A stretch of DNA of 63,056 nt, counting the filler, from Anaerolineae bacterium (GTDB taxonomy: Bacteria; Chloroflexota; Anaerolineae; B4-G1; DUEL01): the NCBI GenBank assembly GCA_041082215.1. It is 15 parts of 15 records of this genome, joined end to end, with 100 filler letters (N's around TTAATTAATTAA, not from the genome) between each part and the next. Parts side by side here need not be neighbours in the genome. Positions count along the whole stretch, not along the records: positions 27,633 to 29,151 come from JBDOIF010000155.1; positions 29,252 to 30,687 come from JBDOIF010000168.1; positions 30,788 to 48,166 come from JBDOIF010000172.1; 12 more parts are not named here. The stretch is one strand, 5' to 3'. How positions within the stretch are numbered: position 1 is the stretch's first letter; each line of letters starts with the position of its first letter. Below the pieces are notes generated by a model. It searched no databases and was not told where the DNA came from. It saw nothing but the letters and a program-made list of their open reading frames with translations. Made by a program: the position numbers and the translations under genes. This document shows, piece by piece, positions 29,072 through 38,253 of this stretch.

Positions 29072-29151
29072 ATCGCAGCCATCGAGAAACTGGGGTACTA
29101 CCCCACCCCACCCCTGGTCACCGACCTGATCGCCCGCTGGCTGACCCTGCC
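29066..29151 (+). CDS. DUF6094-like SAM-dependent methyltransferase, N-terminal fragment
   Basis: MRIAAIEKLGYYPTPPLVTDLIARWL; the GYYPTP motif. Confidence 0.65.
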
Positions 29152-29252
29152 NNNNNNNNNNNNNNNNNNNNNNNNNNNNNNNNNNNNNNNNNNNNTTAAT
29201 TAATTAANNNNNNNNNNNNNNNNNNNNNNNNNNNNNNNNNNNNNNNNNNNNG

Positions 29253-30026
29253 AATGTCCTCATCTACACCGCCGGGGTCTGGTACCTGCTCATCCCGCTG
29301 CTGGTGGGCCGGCGGCTCTACGGCGAGTCGGTGGTGCGGACGGTCATTATGGTGGACCTTCTGGTCTCCCTGGGCGTGTGGAGCCACCACCTGCTGGGTG
29401 ACCAGGTGCAGCCGTTCTGGATGCGGCTCCTTTCGGGCCAGATCATCACCTGGGGCGAGTTCTTCACCATGGGGCTGACGGTCTTCGCCTCGCTGATGAC
29501 CATCTGGAAGGCCCGACCGGTGAAAATCACGCCGCCGCTGCTGTTCATCCTGGGCTCCATCTTCGGTTTCATTATCGGCGGCGCGGCGGGGCTGACGCAG
29601 GCCAACGTCGGCCTCAACGTGGTGCTTCACAACACCCAGTGGGTCATCATGACCCACGCCCACACGATGCTGCTGACGGGCCTGAGCATGCTCCTCTTCG
29701 CCGTCATCTACGCGCTGGTGCCGATGCTGACGGGGAAGGAAATCCGCAGCCGGGCCCTCACCCTGGCCCACTTCTGGCTCTGGACCGTCGGTTCGGTGCT
29801 GATGACCTACGTGATGGGGATGGCAGGCTCCCAGGGGATGCTGCGGCGGATGCTCTACCCGCAACCCAATCCCTACCAGCCGTTCCTGAACGTCGCCTGG
29901 GTGGGCGGCGTCCTGATGGCCCTGGGCTTCCTGGCCTTCCTGGTCAACGTCATCGCCACCCTGGGCTGGGAGAACGTCCTGGGGCTGGTGGTGGAGCGCC
30001 GGCGCCCCGCAACGGCCGCAGTATAG
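29253..30026 (+). CDS. Heme-copper oxidase superfamily subunit I, C-terminal half (B-family-derived, possibly NO reductase)
   Basis: VWSHHLL, HNTQWVIMTHAH, GMLRR; multiple TM helices. Confidence 0.75.
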   Translation, partial: NVLIYTAGVWYLLIPLLVGRRLYGESVVRTVIMVDLLVSLGVWSHHLLGDQVQPFWMRLLSGQIITWGEFFTMGLTVFASLMTIWKARPVKITPPLLFILGSIFGFIIGGAAGLTQANVGLNVVLHNTQWVIMTHAHTMLLTGLSMLLFAVIYALVPMLTGKEIRSRALTLAHFWLWTVGSVLMTYVMGMAGSQGMLRRMLYPQPNPYQPFLNVAWVGGVLMALGFLAFLVNVIATLGWENVLGLVVERRRPATAAV

Positions 30027-30147
30027 TGAAACGTGAAGCGTGAAACGTGAAACGTGAAACGTGAGCAGGTGTCCGGCCCCGGCTCAACGCAATACGCAAC
30101 ACGCAATACGCAACACGCAACACGAAATACGCAACACGGAGCACGCT
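30027..30147. repeat. Two heptamer tandem arrays, (GTGAAAC)n and (ACGCAAY)n
   Basis: About 6 units at 30027-30067 and about 8 units at 30087-30147. Confidence 0.85.
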
Positions 30148-30666
30148 ATGGAATGGTTTCGCTTTTCCCACCTGCGGCGCGACCAGCCTGCGCCGGGCTT
30201 CCGGCTCCCTTCCGCTCAGGGAGGGCTGGTCGACCCTTCCGATTACCACGGGCGCCAGAACCTGGTGCTCCTCTTCCTTCCCGGCCTGGACTGTCCCGAA
30301 TGCCGGGCGGCGCTGGAAAACTTCGTCGCCCACCGGCGGGAGTACGAGGAGCAGGCCGCACAGGTGCTGGTCATTCTCACCGGCCCGGACGCAGAGGCCG
30401 TCTTGGAGCAGGCGAAGGAACTCCCTTTCCCCGTTCTGGCCGACCCGGAGGGCGCCGTCCGGCAGTCCTACGCCGCGCTCCTGCCCGCTCCGGTCGGGAA
30501 GGAACCGCTGGTCTTCGTCCTGGACCGCTACCGGGGCCCTCAGGTTGCCCTGGCTGGCCGCGACCTGGACGACCCGTCCCTGCACCGGGAAATCCTGAAG
30601 TGGCTGACCTTCTTTGAAATCCAGTGTCCCGAATGCGGGGCACCCGAATGGCCAGTAGACGTGTAG
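30148..30666 (+). CDS. AhpC/TSA-family redoxin
   Basis: APGFRLPS, DYHGRQNLVLLF, CPEC, LPFPVLADPEG, FVLDR. Confidence 0.8.
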   Translation: MEWFRFSHLRRDQPAPGFRLPSAQGGLVDPSDYHGRQNLVLLFLPGLDCPECRAALENFVAHRREYEEQAAQVLVILTGPDAEAVLEQAKELPFPVLADPEGAVRQSYAALLPAPVGKEPLVFVLDRYRGPQVALAGRDLDDPSLHREILKWLTFFEIQCPECGAPEWPVDV

Positions 30667-30787
30667 AACGAAATACGCAATATGGAGNNNNNNNNNNNNN
30701 NNNNNNNNNNNNNNNNNNNNNNNNNNNNNNNTTAATTAATTAANNNNNNNNNNNNNNNNNNNNNNNNNNNNNNNNNNNNNNNNNNNN

Positions 30788-30933
30788 TTCATTCCTGAGG
30801 ACGTCAACGACCTGCACCGCGCGGTCACCACTTCGCTAGAGGGCACACGTAAGCAGACACAGCTGCTGCACGCGTTCTTCCAATATACCGGACTGGAATT
30901 GTAATTGTTCCTTTTAATTAACGAAACTCAATA
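30788..30933 (+). mobile_element. Right end of an IS630-like element (transposase C-terminus 30788-30904)
   Basis: FIPEDVNDLHRAVTTSL...LLHAFFQYTGLEL* followed by ...ctcaa|TA end. Confidence 0.5.
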
Positions 30934-33048
30934 ATAATGGCTCATAACCGCCGGCAGGTGGATGCTGGCGACGTGGGGGAACAACCCCACACCATCCAGC
31001 CATATCTCCTGCGTTCCCTCCCCCGCTTCGACGTGAACCGACCGTCGCGCGGGCAACCACCCCGGAGGCGGGGAGTACCAGCCCTCAGGCGTCACGATCA
31101 GGGTGTAGTCGCCCGCCGCCAGAGTGGCAGTGAACGTCCACGAAACTCCCGTGGTTGGGGTGACCACATCCATCCCTGCTCCGTCCACCAGCCGGAGATG
31201 GGAGGTCACCGTCACCTCTCCGGTGCCCTGCACCCCATCCTCATCCCCGTCTCCGAAGATCGGCCCCGTCTCCAGGTAGACCTGCCGGGTCAGGGCAATA
31301 GTGGTGCATTGTGCCCCATCTGACCATCCCCCGATGTTCCCCGCCCGGTCCCACGCCCGCGCCCGGAAGCAGTAGCTCCGACCATGCTCCGCGCCGGTGA
31401 ACCGGATCGGCGAGGATTGGATGCCGGGCTGCGTGCTCCAGTTGCTGCTCCCCTCTTCCCGGACCTGCAGTTGATACCCCCAGATCCCCGTCTCTCCGTC
31501 GGTGGCGGTGGCGGTGATGAGGACGGTGTAGGAGTAAGTGATGGTGGGAAGGGGCTGAACCGTGGCTGTGGTCGGCGGAGTCGTGTCCGCCTCGATCACC
31601 AGATACGGCTCCCCGCCGATGATGTAGTCATTGGGGTCTTTAACCAGATTGGCGGTAGCCCCCGGCAGGGTAAGGGTATAGACGCCGTTCGTTGCGGTGA
31701 TGGTCCGGGTGACCCCCCACCGGTCCACCAGCGTGGCGGTGGGAAGGATCGCCGGGTAGCCGAAGGTCAGGGTGGACGGGGTGGTGTTCCACAGCACGCT
31801 GAGCTTCCCGCGCGGCGTTCCCCACAGCGTCACCCGCCGCGTGCCGTTCGTATAAGTTACGCGGGTCGCCATTGTCGGAGATACCATATATGTGGTCGCC
31901 ACCTGGTAGGCGACGTAGGCGGGGCGGAAGGAGAGGTTGTTGCGGATCAGGCCGAAGTACTCGGACATATCGGCGTCGTTGGTGCGGAAGAAGAAATACC
32001 GCTCCACACCGGAGGCCCAAGCCTCGGCATAGGATTGGATCACGTAGGCAGCGGCTTCTTCCTGCGTGGCAGCATAGTCATACCTGGTGGGGTCAGGGTC
32101 CACTGAGCTGTCGTTCCATACCGGCACGCCGGTCTCCGTGAGCCAGATGGGGTGGTCGGGGACGAACTCCCGCATTCCGGAGCGGATGGTATTGACGATA
32201 TCGTACGCATTGGAAGAGCGACTGTAGAGGTGGACCGACATGACATCGAAGTAGTAATTGTTCGCGGGCGCGTTCGGGTCGCTCTTGAGGGTGTTCAGGA
32301 CCCAGCGGTAGAAGCTGGGGTTGGCCCAGTAATGCAACCCCCCGAAAAGGACGGTGCAATTGGGGCAGGCTGCTTTGGTGGCCTGGTAGCCCACCTTGAG
32401 GAGCTGGGCGTAATCGGTCGAGGTGCCGGTCCAGAAATAGTTCCACTCCGGCTCATTCCACATCTCCCAGTGGGTCACGCGGTCCTTGTAACGGGAGACA
32501 ACGGTGTAGACATAGTTCCCCCAGAAGTTGCCCGGATCGTTCCAGGGCAGGTACAGCCCCTGGGGCGGGGAGGACCAGGCGCTGACGGCTGCTTCTCCCA
32601 TCGTGACGGAGCGGGGGACGGGCGCGTACCAGCCCGGGGGGCGTTGCTGGAGGTCGGGCAGGGAGAGGGCAGCCATCCCCTTTGTGGCGGCCCAGTCGGG
32701 GGTCCAGAGGAGGATGCCGACGATGTTCATCCCGGCGCCGTGCAGGTCGTTCACCAGCGCGTCGTAGGCGGAAAAGTTCCACTGGTCGTTCTTGGGTTCG
32801 ATGTTGGGCCAGATAAAGTCGAAGCGGTCCCAGCGGGAGCCGGCGTTGAGGACAAGGGGGAGATAGGGGTGAGGGTCGGGCGGTGTGTTGGGGTAGTAGG
32901 AGAAGCAGGCCCCTGCCCGCCCGTCGGGGTTCTGGACCGGGGGGAGGGGGGTGATCTGGGCAGATTCGGCGGCGGTGGGGGTGGAGGAAGCAACCATCAG
33001 GGCCACCAGACCCAGTGCGGAAAGGATGGGGAGAGAGAGATGTCTCAT
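30928..33048 (-). CDS. Secreted clan GH-A glycoside hydrolase with FN3-like domain
   Basis: Signal peptide; WEMWNEPE acid/base and IWLTETG nucleophile motifs; YCFRARAWDRAGN; IHLPAV tail. Confidence 0.8.
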   Translation of the reverse strand: MRHLSLPILSALGLVALMVASSTPTAAESAQITPLPPVQNPDGRAGACFSYYPNTPPDPHPYLPLVLNAGSRWDRFDFIWPNIEPKNDQWNFSAYDALVNDLHGAGMNIVGILLWTPDWAATKGMAALSLPDLQQRPPGWYAPVPRSVTMGEAAVSAWSSPPQGLYLPWNDPGNFWGNYVYTVVSRYKDRVTHWEMWNEPEWNYFWTGTSTDYAQLLKVGYQATKAACPNCTVLFGGLHYWANPSFYRWVLNTLKSDPNAPANNYYFDVMSVHLYSRSSNAYDIVNTIRSGMREFVPDHPIWLTETGVPVWNDSSVDPDPTRYDYAATQEEAAAYVIQSYAEAWASGVERYFFFRTNDADMSEYFGLIRNNLSFRPAYVAYQVATTYMVSPTMATRVTYTNGTRRVTLWGTPRGKLSVLWNTTPSTLTFGYPAILPTATLVDRWGVTRTITATNGVYTLTLPGATANLVKDPNDYIIGGEPYLVIEADTTPPTTATVQPLPTITYSYTVLITATATDGETGIWGYQLQVREEGSSNWSTQPGIQSSPIRFTGAEHGRSYCFRARAWDRAGNIGGWSDGAQCTTIALTRQVYLETGPIFGDGDEDGVQGTGEVTVTSHLRLVDGAGMDVVTPTTGVSWTFTATLAAGDYTLIVTPEGWYSPPPGWLPARRSVHVEAGEGTQEIWLDGVGLFPHVASIHLPAVMSHYY

Positions 33049-33253
33049 CGGATTTTCCTCATTTCATCACATAGGACTTGCGCGGCTGGATTTTTCTCAA
33101 ATTTCAGTATACCCGAAACATTCTCCCTGTGTCAACAAGGGTTGGGAAATTGCAATAAAATTGTAACAGATTTGCAACCATAGATCAGGATCGCCTGACG
33201 CCTGACGTTTGACGTTTGACGTTTGGCGTTTCAGGTGGACAGCCGCTGTAGTC

Positions 33254-33991
33254 CTATCGGCGGAGGAGGACCAGGAGGGCGTAGTGGGGCAGGACAAGCT
33301 GGCGTCGCCAGCGCCAGGGCTGGCGGAGCAGCCGATAGAGCCATTCGAAGCCGATGCGTCGGACCCAGGCGGGGGCACGGGGGACGACGCCGGCGATGTA
33401 GTCGAAGGCCCCGCCGACGCCGACGCCTACTGCCGCGCCGGTGCGGGCCAGGTTGCGGGCCAGCCACAACTCCTGCGCTGGCGCGCCGTAGGCCACCAGC
33501 AGAACGTCCGTCCGGGCTGTCCGCACCCGCCGGGCGATTCCCTCCGCTTCCTCCGGTGCGGGGCTTCCGGCATAGGTGCCGCAGACCACCAGGCCGGGGT
33601 TGCGGGCCTGCAGCTCCGCAGCCGCCCGCTCCGCTACGCCTGGGCCGGCTCCCAGGAGGAAGAGTCGCCACCCTTCCCGCGCCGCCCGCGCCGCCACGGC
33701 CTCCACCAGGTCCGCCCCCGCCACCCGCTCCCGCAGCGGTCGGCCCAGGTAGCGGGCGGCCAGGGTGATCCCCACCCCGTCCGGCAGGCAGAGGTCTGCC
33801 CGCTCCAGCACCGCCCGGAAGGCCGGGTCGCGGCGGGCGGCCATCACGAACTCCGGGTTGATGGTGGCGGCCTGGTGAGAGCCTCCCTCCGCGATCCAGC
33901 GGGCCATCCAATCCAGCGCCTCTTCACAGGTGACATCGTGGATCGGCACCCCCAGAATATGAAGGGCGGGCAGAATACGGTCCGCGCACAT
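33254..33991 (-). CDS. WecB/TagA/CpsF glycosyltransferase
   Basis: TINPEF, PDGVG, GAPAQE, GVGGAFD, EWLYRL. Confidence 0.9.
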   Translation of the reverse strand: MCADRILPALHILGVPIHDVTCEEALDWMARWIAEGGSHQAATINPEFVMAARRDPAFRAVLERADLCLPDGVGITLAARYLGRPLRERVAGADLVEAVAARAAREGWRLFLLGAGPGVAERAAAELQARNPGLVVCGTYAGSPAPEEAEGIARRVRTARTDVLLVAYGAPAQELWLARNLARTGAAVGVGVGGAFDYIAGVVPRAPAWVRRIGFEWLYRLLRQPWRWRRQLVLPHYALLVLLRR

Positions 33992-34019
33992 CGGTCAGTG
34001 CTTTCACCTCATCAGAGTT

Positions 34020-35126
34020 TCAGTGTTCCAGCAACCGCTCGAAGACCCCCAGGACGGTACGGGCGCACGCTTCCCAGGAAAACCGCTTCAGGTTGGCGAA
34101 ACCCCGCTCCACCAGGGAAGCCCTGAGGGCGGGATCGTCGGCCAGGCGGGCCATCGCCGCCGCCAGCCCTGCCGTGTCGGTCGGTTCGATCAGGAGCGCC
34201 CCATCCCCGGCCACCTCCGGCAGGCTGGAGGTGCTGGAGCAGATGACAGGGCAGCCGCAGGCCTGGGCTTCCAGCACTGGCAGGCCGAACCCTTCGTAGA
34301 GGGAGGGAAAGACGAAGGCCAGCGCACCGCTGAGAAGGCACGCCTTTTCCTCGTCCGGGATGTAGCCGGGGAAGAGGACCCGGTCCTCCAGCCCCAGCCG
34401 CCGGACCTGGGCGAAGAGCTCGTCGTAGAGCCAGCCCCGGCGGCCAGCGAGGACCAGTTGGGCTGCGGGTTTCAGGGTTTCGGGCTTCAGGCTGGCAAAG
34501 GCGGCGACCAGGCGGGAAAGGTTTTTGCGGGGTTGAAGGGTCCCCAGATACAGGAAATAGTCGCCGGTGATGCCGTAGCGGGCCTTGACCACAGCGATGG
34601 CGGCGGAGTCGCGCACAGGGGCCAGGCTTTCGTCGTAGCCCGGGTAGGCAACGGTGACCTTCTCCGGGGGGACGTTGTAGCGGGCGACCAGGTCGGCCTT
34701 CGTCGCCCCCGAATCGGCCAGCAGGTGGGCGGCGGCCCGGCTGTTCCAGCGGGTCGTGAGGTCCAGATAGAGCCGCTGGAGCAGGGGGTGGGTTTGGGGA
34801 AAGTGGAGGTAGCCCAGGTCGTGGACGGTCACCAGGCTGAGGGAGGGATGGACGGGTGGGAGGACGTGGGCGGGGACGAAGAGGAGATCGGGCGTACGGC
34901 GTGCCATCTCCCAGGAGAGCCGCAGGTGGGTCCAGAGGCGCGGCATGGGGATGACGCGCAGCTCTGCGCCGGGGAAGGAGCCAGGAGGGGGTGGGGTGCG
35001 GAAGTAGAGGCGGAACCGATGGGGGGGGTGGAGGGCCAGGAGGGCCTCGATCAGCCGCCGGGAGTAGGTCTCCGTCCCGGTGGGGTGGGGAGAGACCGCA
35101 CGGCTGGCGTCTATGCCGATGAGCAC
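34020..35126 (-). CDS. GT4 glycosyltransferase
   Basis: TVHDL, GTLQPRKN, FPSLYEGFGLPVLEA. Confidence 0.9.
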   Translation of the reverse strand: MLIGIDASRAVSPHPTGTETYSRRLIEALLALHPPHRFRLYFRTPPPPGSFPGAELRVIPMPRLWTHLRLSWEMARRTPDLLFVPAHVLPPVHPSLSLVTVHDLGYLHFPQTHPLLQRLYLDLTTRWNSRAAAHLLADSGATKADLVARYNVPPEKVTVAYPGYDESLAPVRDSAAIAVVKARYGITGDYFLYLGTLQPRKNLSRLVAAFASLKPETLKPAAQLVLAGRRGWLYDELFAQVRRLGLEDRVLFPGYIPDEEKACLLSGALAFVFPSLYEGFGLPVLEAQACGCPVICSSTSSLPEVAGDGALLIEPTDTAGLAAAMARLADDPALRASLVERGFANLKRFSWEACARTVLGVFERLLEH

Positions 35127-35131
35127 CGGAC

Positions 35132-35656
35132 CTACTGCCTGGGTTTTGGCTTGCCCTGAAGCCCGTGTATGAGGAGGACCAGGCCGACCAGGATGAGCAG
35201 GGCGGGCCAGAGATGGCCCAATTCCCGGGCGGTGTCTGGCCCCAGGAGCTGGAGGTTGATCGCCAGGGCGGTGGCTCCAGAGGCCAGCCCGACGACGGCC
35301 AGGAAGAGGGCGCCCCGATCCTTCAGCCCTTCAGACAGCCACAGCGCGAGGAAGGAGATGCCAGCGATGGCGACGAACACCGGCCACCAGATGTGAAGCA
35401 CCGTGTAGTCCTGCCGGCCCAGCGTGATCAGGAAGAGGAAAAGGCCGGAGAGGGTGAGGCCGGTTCCCCAGAAGACGTTCCCGTGGTCCTGACGCCCTCC
35501 CCGGATATAGCTCCATAGCAGCGCGATTCCGCCGCCAAAGGGAAAAATGGGCCACAGGCGGTCCAGGCTGGGCACCGATAACCCCAGCTCCGGGAGGAGG
35601 GCGTAGATGCCAGCCAGGATCAGGACCAGAGCCAGGAGGATCGTTCCTTTACGCAT
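35132..35656 (-). CDS. LiaF/DUF5668-like membrane protein
   Basis: Repeated (L/W)WP-xxx motifs between TM helices. Confidence 0.65.
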   Translation of the reverse strand: MRKGTILLALVLILAGIYALLPELGLSVPSLDRLWPIFPFGGGIALLWSYIRGGRQDHGNVFWGTGLTLSGLFLFLITLGRQDYTVLHIWWPVFVAIAGISFLALWLSEGLKDRGALFLAVVGLASGATALAINLQLLGPDTARELGHLWPALLILVGLVLLIHGLQGKPKPRQ

Positions 35657-36101
35657 GGAGCTCCTCCTTCTCCATCGCTTGGATCTTGTTCACCCGCCGT
35701 GCATGCCGCCCGCCAGTGAACTGGCTTTCCAGGAAAGTTCGGACGATCTCCAGCGCAGTTCCTATCCCCAGCACTCTACCACCCAGGCAGAGGATGTTGG
35801 CGTTGTTGTGTTCGCGGGCCATGCGGGCCATGTAGCAGTCGGTAGCGAGGGCGGCATAAGCTCCTGGCACCTTGTTGGCAGCGATGCTCATGCCGATGCC
35901 GGTGCCACAGATGAGGATCCCCAGGTCTGCTTTCCCCAACGCCACGGCCCGTGCGACGGGTAAGGCGTAGTCCGGGTAATCGGCGGATGTCTCGTCGTGG
36001 GTTCCGAGGTCTTCTACCTCGTGGCCGGCTTCCACGAGGAAGCGGACGATTTCCTGCTTCAGGTGGTATCCGCCGTGGTCAGCGCCGATCGCGATATGCA
36101 T
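35649..36101 (-). CDS. rpiB: Ribose-5-phosphate isomerase B
   Basis: GADHGG, DYPD, CGTGIG, HNNAN, GGRH. Confidence 0.95.
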   Translation of the reverse strand: MHIAIGADHGGYHLKQEIVRFLVEAGHEVEDLGTHDETSADYPDYALPVARAVALGKADLGILICGTGIGMSIAANKVPGAYAALATDCYMARMAREHNNANILCLGGRVLGIGTALEIVRTFLESQFTGGRHARRVNKIQAMEKEELHA

Positions 36102-36181
36102 GGGTCAAATCCTGCTGGAGCAAAAAAACAGACAGGCTCCCAAACTCTGGTGAGCCTATCCGCCTCTTGAAAGGTACTTCA

Positions 36182-36277
36182 CTACTTGGCACGTCGCTGC
36201 CACCGCGTCCGCTTCAACAGCTTTCGGTGCTTATGTTTGGCCATCTTCTTCTTTCGCCATTTCCGGTCCGACGGCAT
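36182..36277 (-). CDS. bS22 / AURKAIP1-COX24-like small ribosomal protein (31 aa)
   Basis: MPSDRKWRKKKMAKHKHRKLLKRTRWQRRAK with SD GGAGG; below the ORF-track cutoff. Confidence 0.85.
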   Translation of the reverse strand: MPSDRKWRKKKMAKHKHRKLLKRTRWQRRAK

Positions 36278-36348
36278 ATCGGCAACCTCCTTCGTGCAGG
36301 CGTGGGGGCGCGCTTACCGCACCTCTATAGCGGGGTTCGATGGTCTTT

Positions 36349-36699
36349 TCAGGCTGCTCCCTTTGCCTTCTCTGCGATCAGGCCGAAAGTCTCCGGGTCC
36401 CGCACAGCAATGTCGGCCAGGACCTTGCGATCCAGCTCCACTCCGCTCTGCTTCAGGCCGTGGACGAAGCGGCTGTAGGAGAGGCCGCTTCTCCGGGCCG
36501 CTGCGTTGATGCGGGCGATCCAGAGCCGCCTGAGATCGCGCCGACGGTTCCGCCGATCCCGGTAGGCGTACCATTGAGCCTTCATCCAGGCTTCGTTGGC
36601 TCGCCGCCAGAGGCGATGGCGTGTGCCGTAATAGCCCTCCGTCTGCCGGATGATCTTCTTGTGGCGATACCGCGTCCGGGTTCCTCCTTTGACTCTCAC
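36349..36699 (-). CDS. rplT: 50S ribosomal protein L20
   Basis: RVKGG...YAYRDRR...LWIARINAA...LDRKVLA. Confidence 0.97.
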   Translation of the reverse strand: MRVKGGTRTRYRHKKIIRQTEGYYGTRHRLWRRANEAWMKAQWYAYRDRRNRRRDLRRLWIARINAAARRSGLSYSRFVHGLKQSGVELDRKVLADIAVRDPETFGLIAEKAKGAA

Positions 36700-36702
36700 G
36701 GC

Positions 36703-36924
36703 TTACTTCCCCTTCTCTCTCAAATATGGGGCCAGTCGGCTTACCTGCCGCTTCGCTCCCTTCGACTCGACCGGGATCATTTCGTCGTAAAGCCGCCTGG
36801 CCCGCGCGCTCTTTTTGCGTCGCAGGTGAGACTTGCCCTGCTTGGTCCGCATCAGCAAGCCCTTCCCGCCCCTCGTCAGGCGGAAGCGCTTTGATGTAGC
36901 TTTATGGGTCTTGATCTTCGGCAC
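36703..36924 (-). CDS. rpmI: 50S ribosomal protein L35
   Basis: PKIKTHKATSKRF...SHLRRKKS. Confidence 0.93.
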   Translation of the reverse strand: MPKIKTHKATSKRFRLTRGGKGLLMRTKQGKSHLRRKKSARARRLYDEMIPVESKGAKRQVSRLAPYLREKGK

Positions 36925-36947
36925 TTTCCTTCTCCTGATCAAACGCC

Positions 36948-37496
36948 CTATTTCTTTTTGGGCGCCAGAATCATCAACATCGTGCGCCCTTCCATATCCG
37001 GCTCCTGCTCCATCACCGCCACGTCGGCCAGGTCGTCAGCCACTTCCTTCAACTGTTCCCGCGCCAGCTCCGGATAGGTGATCTCCCGCCCGCGGAAGCG
37101 AATACGGACCTTAACTTTGTGGCCCTCCTCCAGCCAGCTCCGGGCCTGCTCGACCTTGATGCCACGGTGGTGTTCATTGGTTTTGGGCCGCAGCCGGATC
37201 TCTTTGACCTCGACCTGCTTTTGGGTTTTGCGTGCCTCTCGTTCTTTCTTCGCCTGCTCGTAAATGAACTTGCCGTAGTCCATGATACGGACCACAGGTG
37301 GCTCAGCACTGGGGGAGACCTCCACCAGATCCAGGTTTGCCTCCTCCGCCCGTAACAGCGCCTCGCGCAGGGGCACAATACCCAGATGCTCCCGATTGGG
37401 GCCGATCAGCCGGACTTCAGAAGCCCGTATCTGATGGTTGATCCGGTAAGAGGCCCGCAGGTCTTTTCTGAATTTTTTTGGATTTCTTCTTCTGAT
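36948..37496 (-). CDS. infC: Translation initiation factor IF-3, probable ATC start
   Basis: RINHQIRASEVRLIG...DLVEV...MDYGKF...KEIRLRP; frame extends to ATC at 37496 after SD GAGGT. Confidence 0.93.
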   Translation of the reverse strand: MRRRNPKKFRKDLRASYRINHQIRASEVRLIGPNREHLGIVPLREALLRAEEANLDLVEVSPSAEPPVVRIMDYGKFIYEQAKKEREARKTQKQVEVKEIRLRPKTNEHHRGIKVEQARSWLEEGHKVKVRIRFRGREITYPELAREQLKEVADDLADVAVMEQEPDMEGRTMLMILAPKKK

Positions 37497-37567
37497 TTCT
37501 ACTTAACCTCGTTCTTTGAATGGCAGGCTCGAACGAAAGCACACGCCTTTCAGGCGCGTGTGGCGTA

Positions 37568-37596
37568 ATGATAACACAACTGGGGCTAGGTGTCAA
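37568..37596 (-). promoter_or_regulatory. Promoter of the infC operon
   Basis: TTGACA-17 bp-TATCAT on the minus strand. Confidence 0.7.
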
Positions 37597-37608
37597 ATGG
37601 TCTTGGCA

Positions 37609-37701
37609 ATGAGGTGTATTTCGGTTTGGGGGCGAGATGTCCCTGGCCTGGGCCGGACCTGGGGAAACACGAATGGCGCAAATGGAAACGAATACCGCGA
37701 A
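37609..37701. repeat. 93-bp dispersed intergenic repeat, copy 2
   Basis: Matches 1212-1304. Confidence 0.85.
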
Positions 37702-37769
37702 ATGTACTCCATCGAACAGGCCTTGTCTTCCCCCCACAGCGTGTTATACTCTGCGGAGGGAGGAAAAGG

Positions 37770-38165
37770 ATGGAACAGATCGAGGTCAGAACCCATAGCC
37801 GCCAGGAATTCTGTGACATCACCCCCCAGGTGCAGGCGGCAGTGGAGGCCAGCGGGGTCAGCGAGGGGGTCTGTTATCTCTTCTGCCCCCACACCACCGC
37901 CGGGCTGACCCTCAACGAGAACTGGGACCCCAGCGTCCGCCACGATCTGGAGCTGGTTTTCGATGGCCTTGTGCCTCGCCGGCCCGACTTTCGTCACAGC
38001 GAGGGGAACTCCCCAGCCCACGCCAAAGCCAGCCTGGTCGGCAGCACCCTCACCCTCTTCGTTAGCGGCGGACGGCTGGTGCTGGGCTCCTGGCAGGGGG
38101 TGTACCTGGCCGAATTCGACGGCCCCCGCCAGCGACGGGTGCTGGTCAAGGTGATGGCAGGGTAG
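37770..38165 (+). CDS. yjbQ: YjbQ/UPF0047 family protein
   Basis: PHTTAGLTLNEN, HSEGNSPAH, LGSWQG, EFDGPR. Confidence 0.9.
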   Translation: MEQIEVRTHSRQEFCDITPQVQAAVEASGVSEGVCYLFCPHTTAGLTLNENWDPSVRHDLELVFDGLVPRRPDFRHSEGNSPAHAKASLVGSTLTLFVSGGRLVLGSWQGVYLAEFDGPRQRRVLVKVMAG

Positions 38166-38253
38166 GGATACCACAGAGAACGCGGAGTTTCCACAGAGAG
38201 AATCAGGATTTCTCGCCGTTTCTCCGTGCCCTCTGTGCTCCGTGGTTCTTCAG

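Noticed and set aside
21400..30788. Apparent island of CRISPR, radC, IS, methyltransferase and oxidase
   Set aside because: These lie on five separate contigs, so adjacency in the window is not genomic linkage
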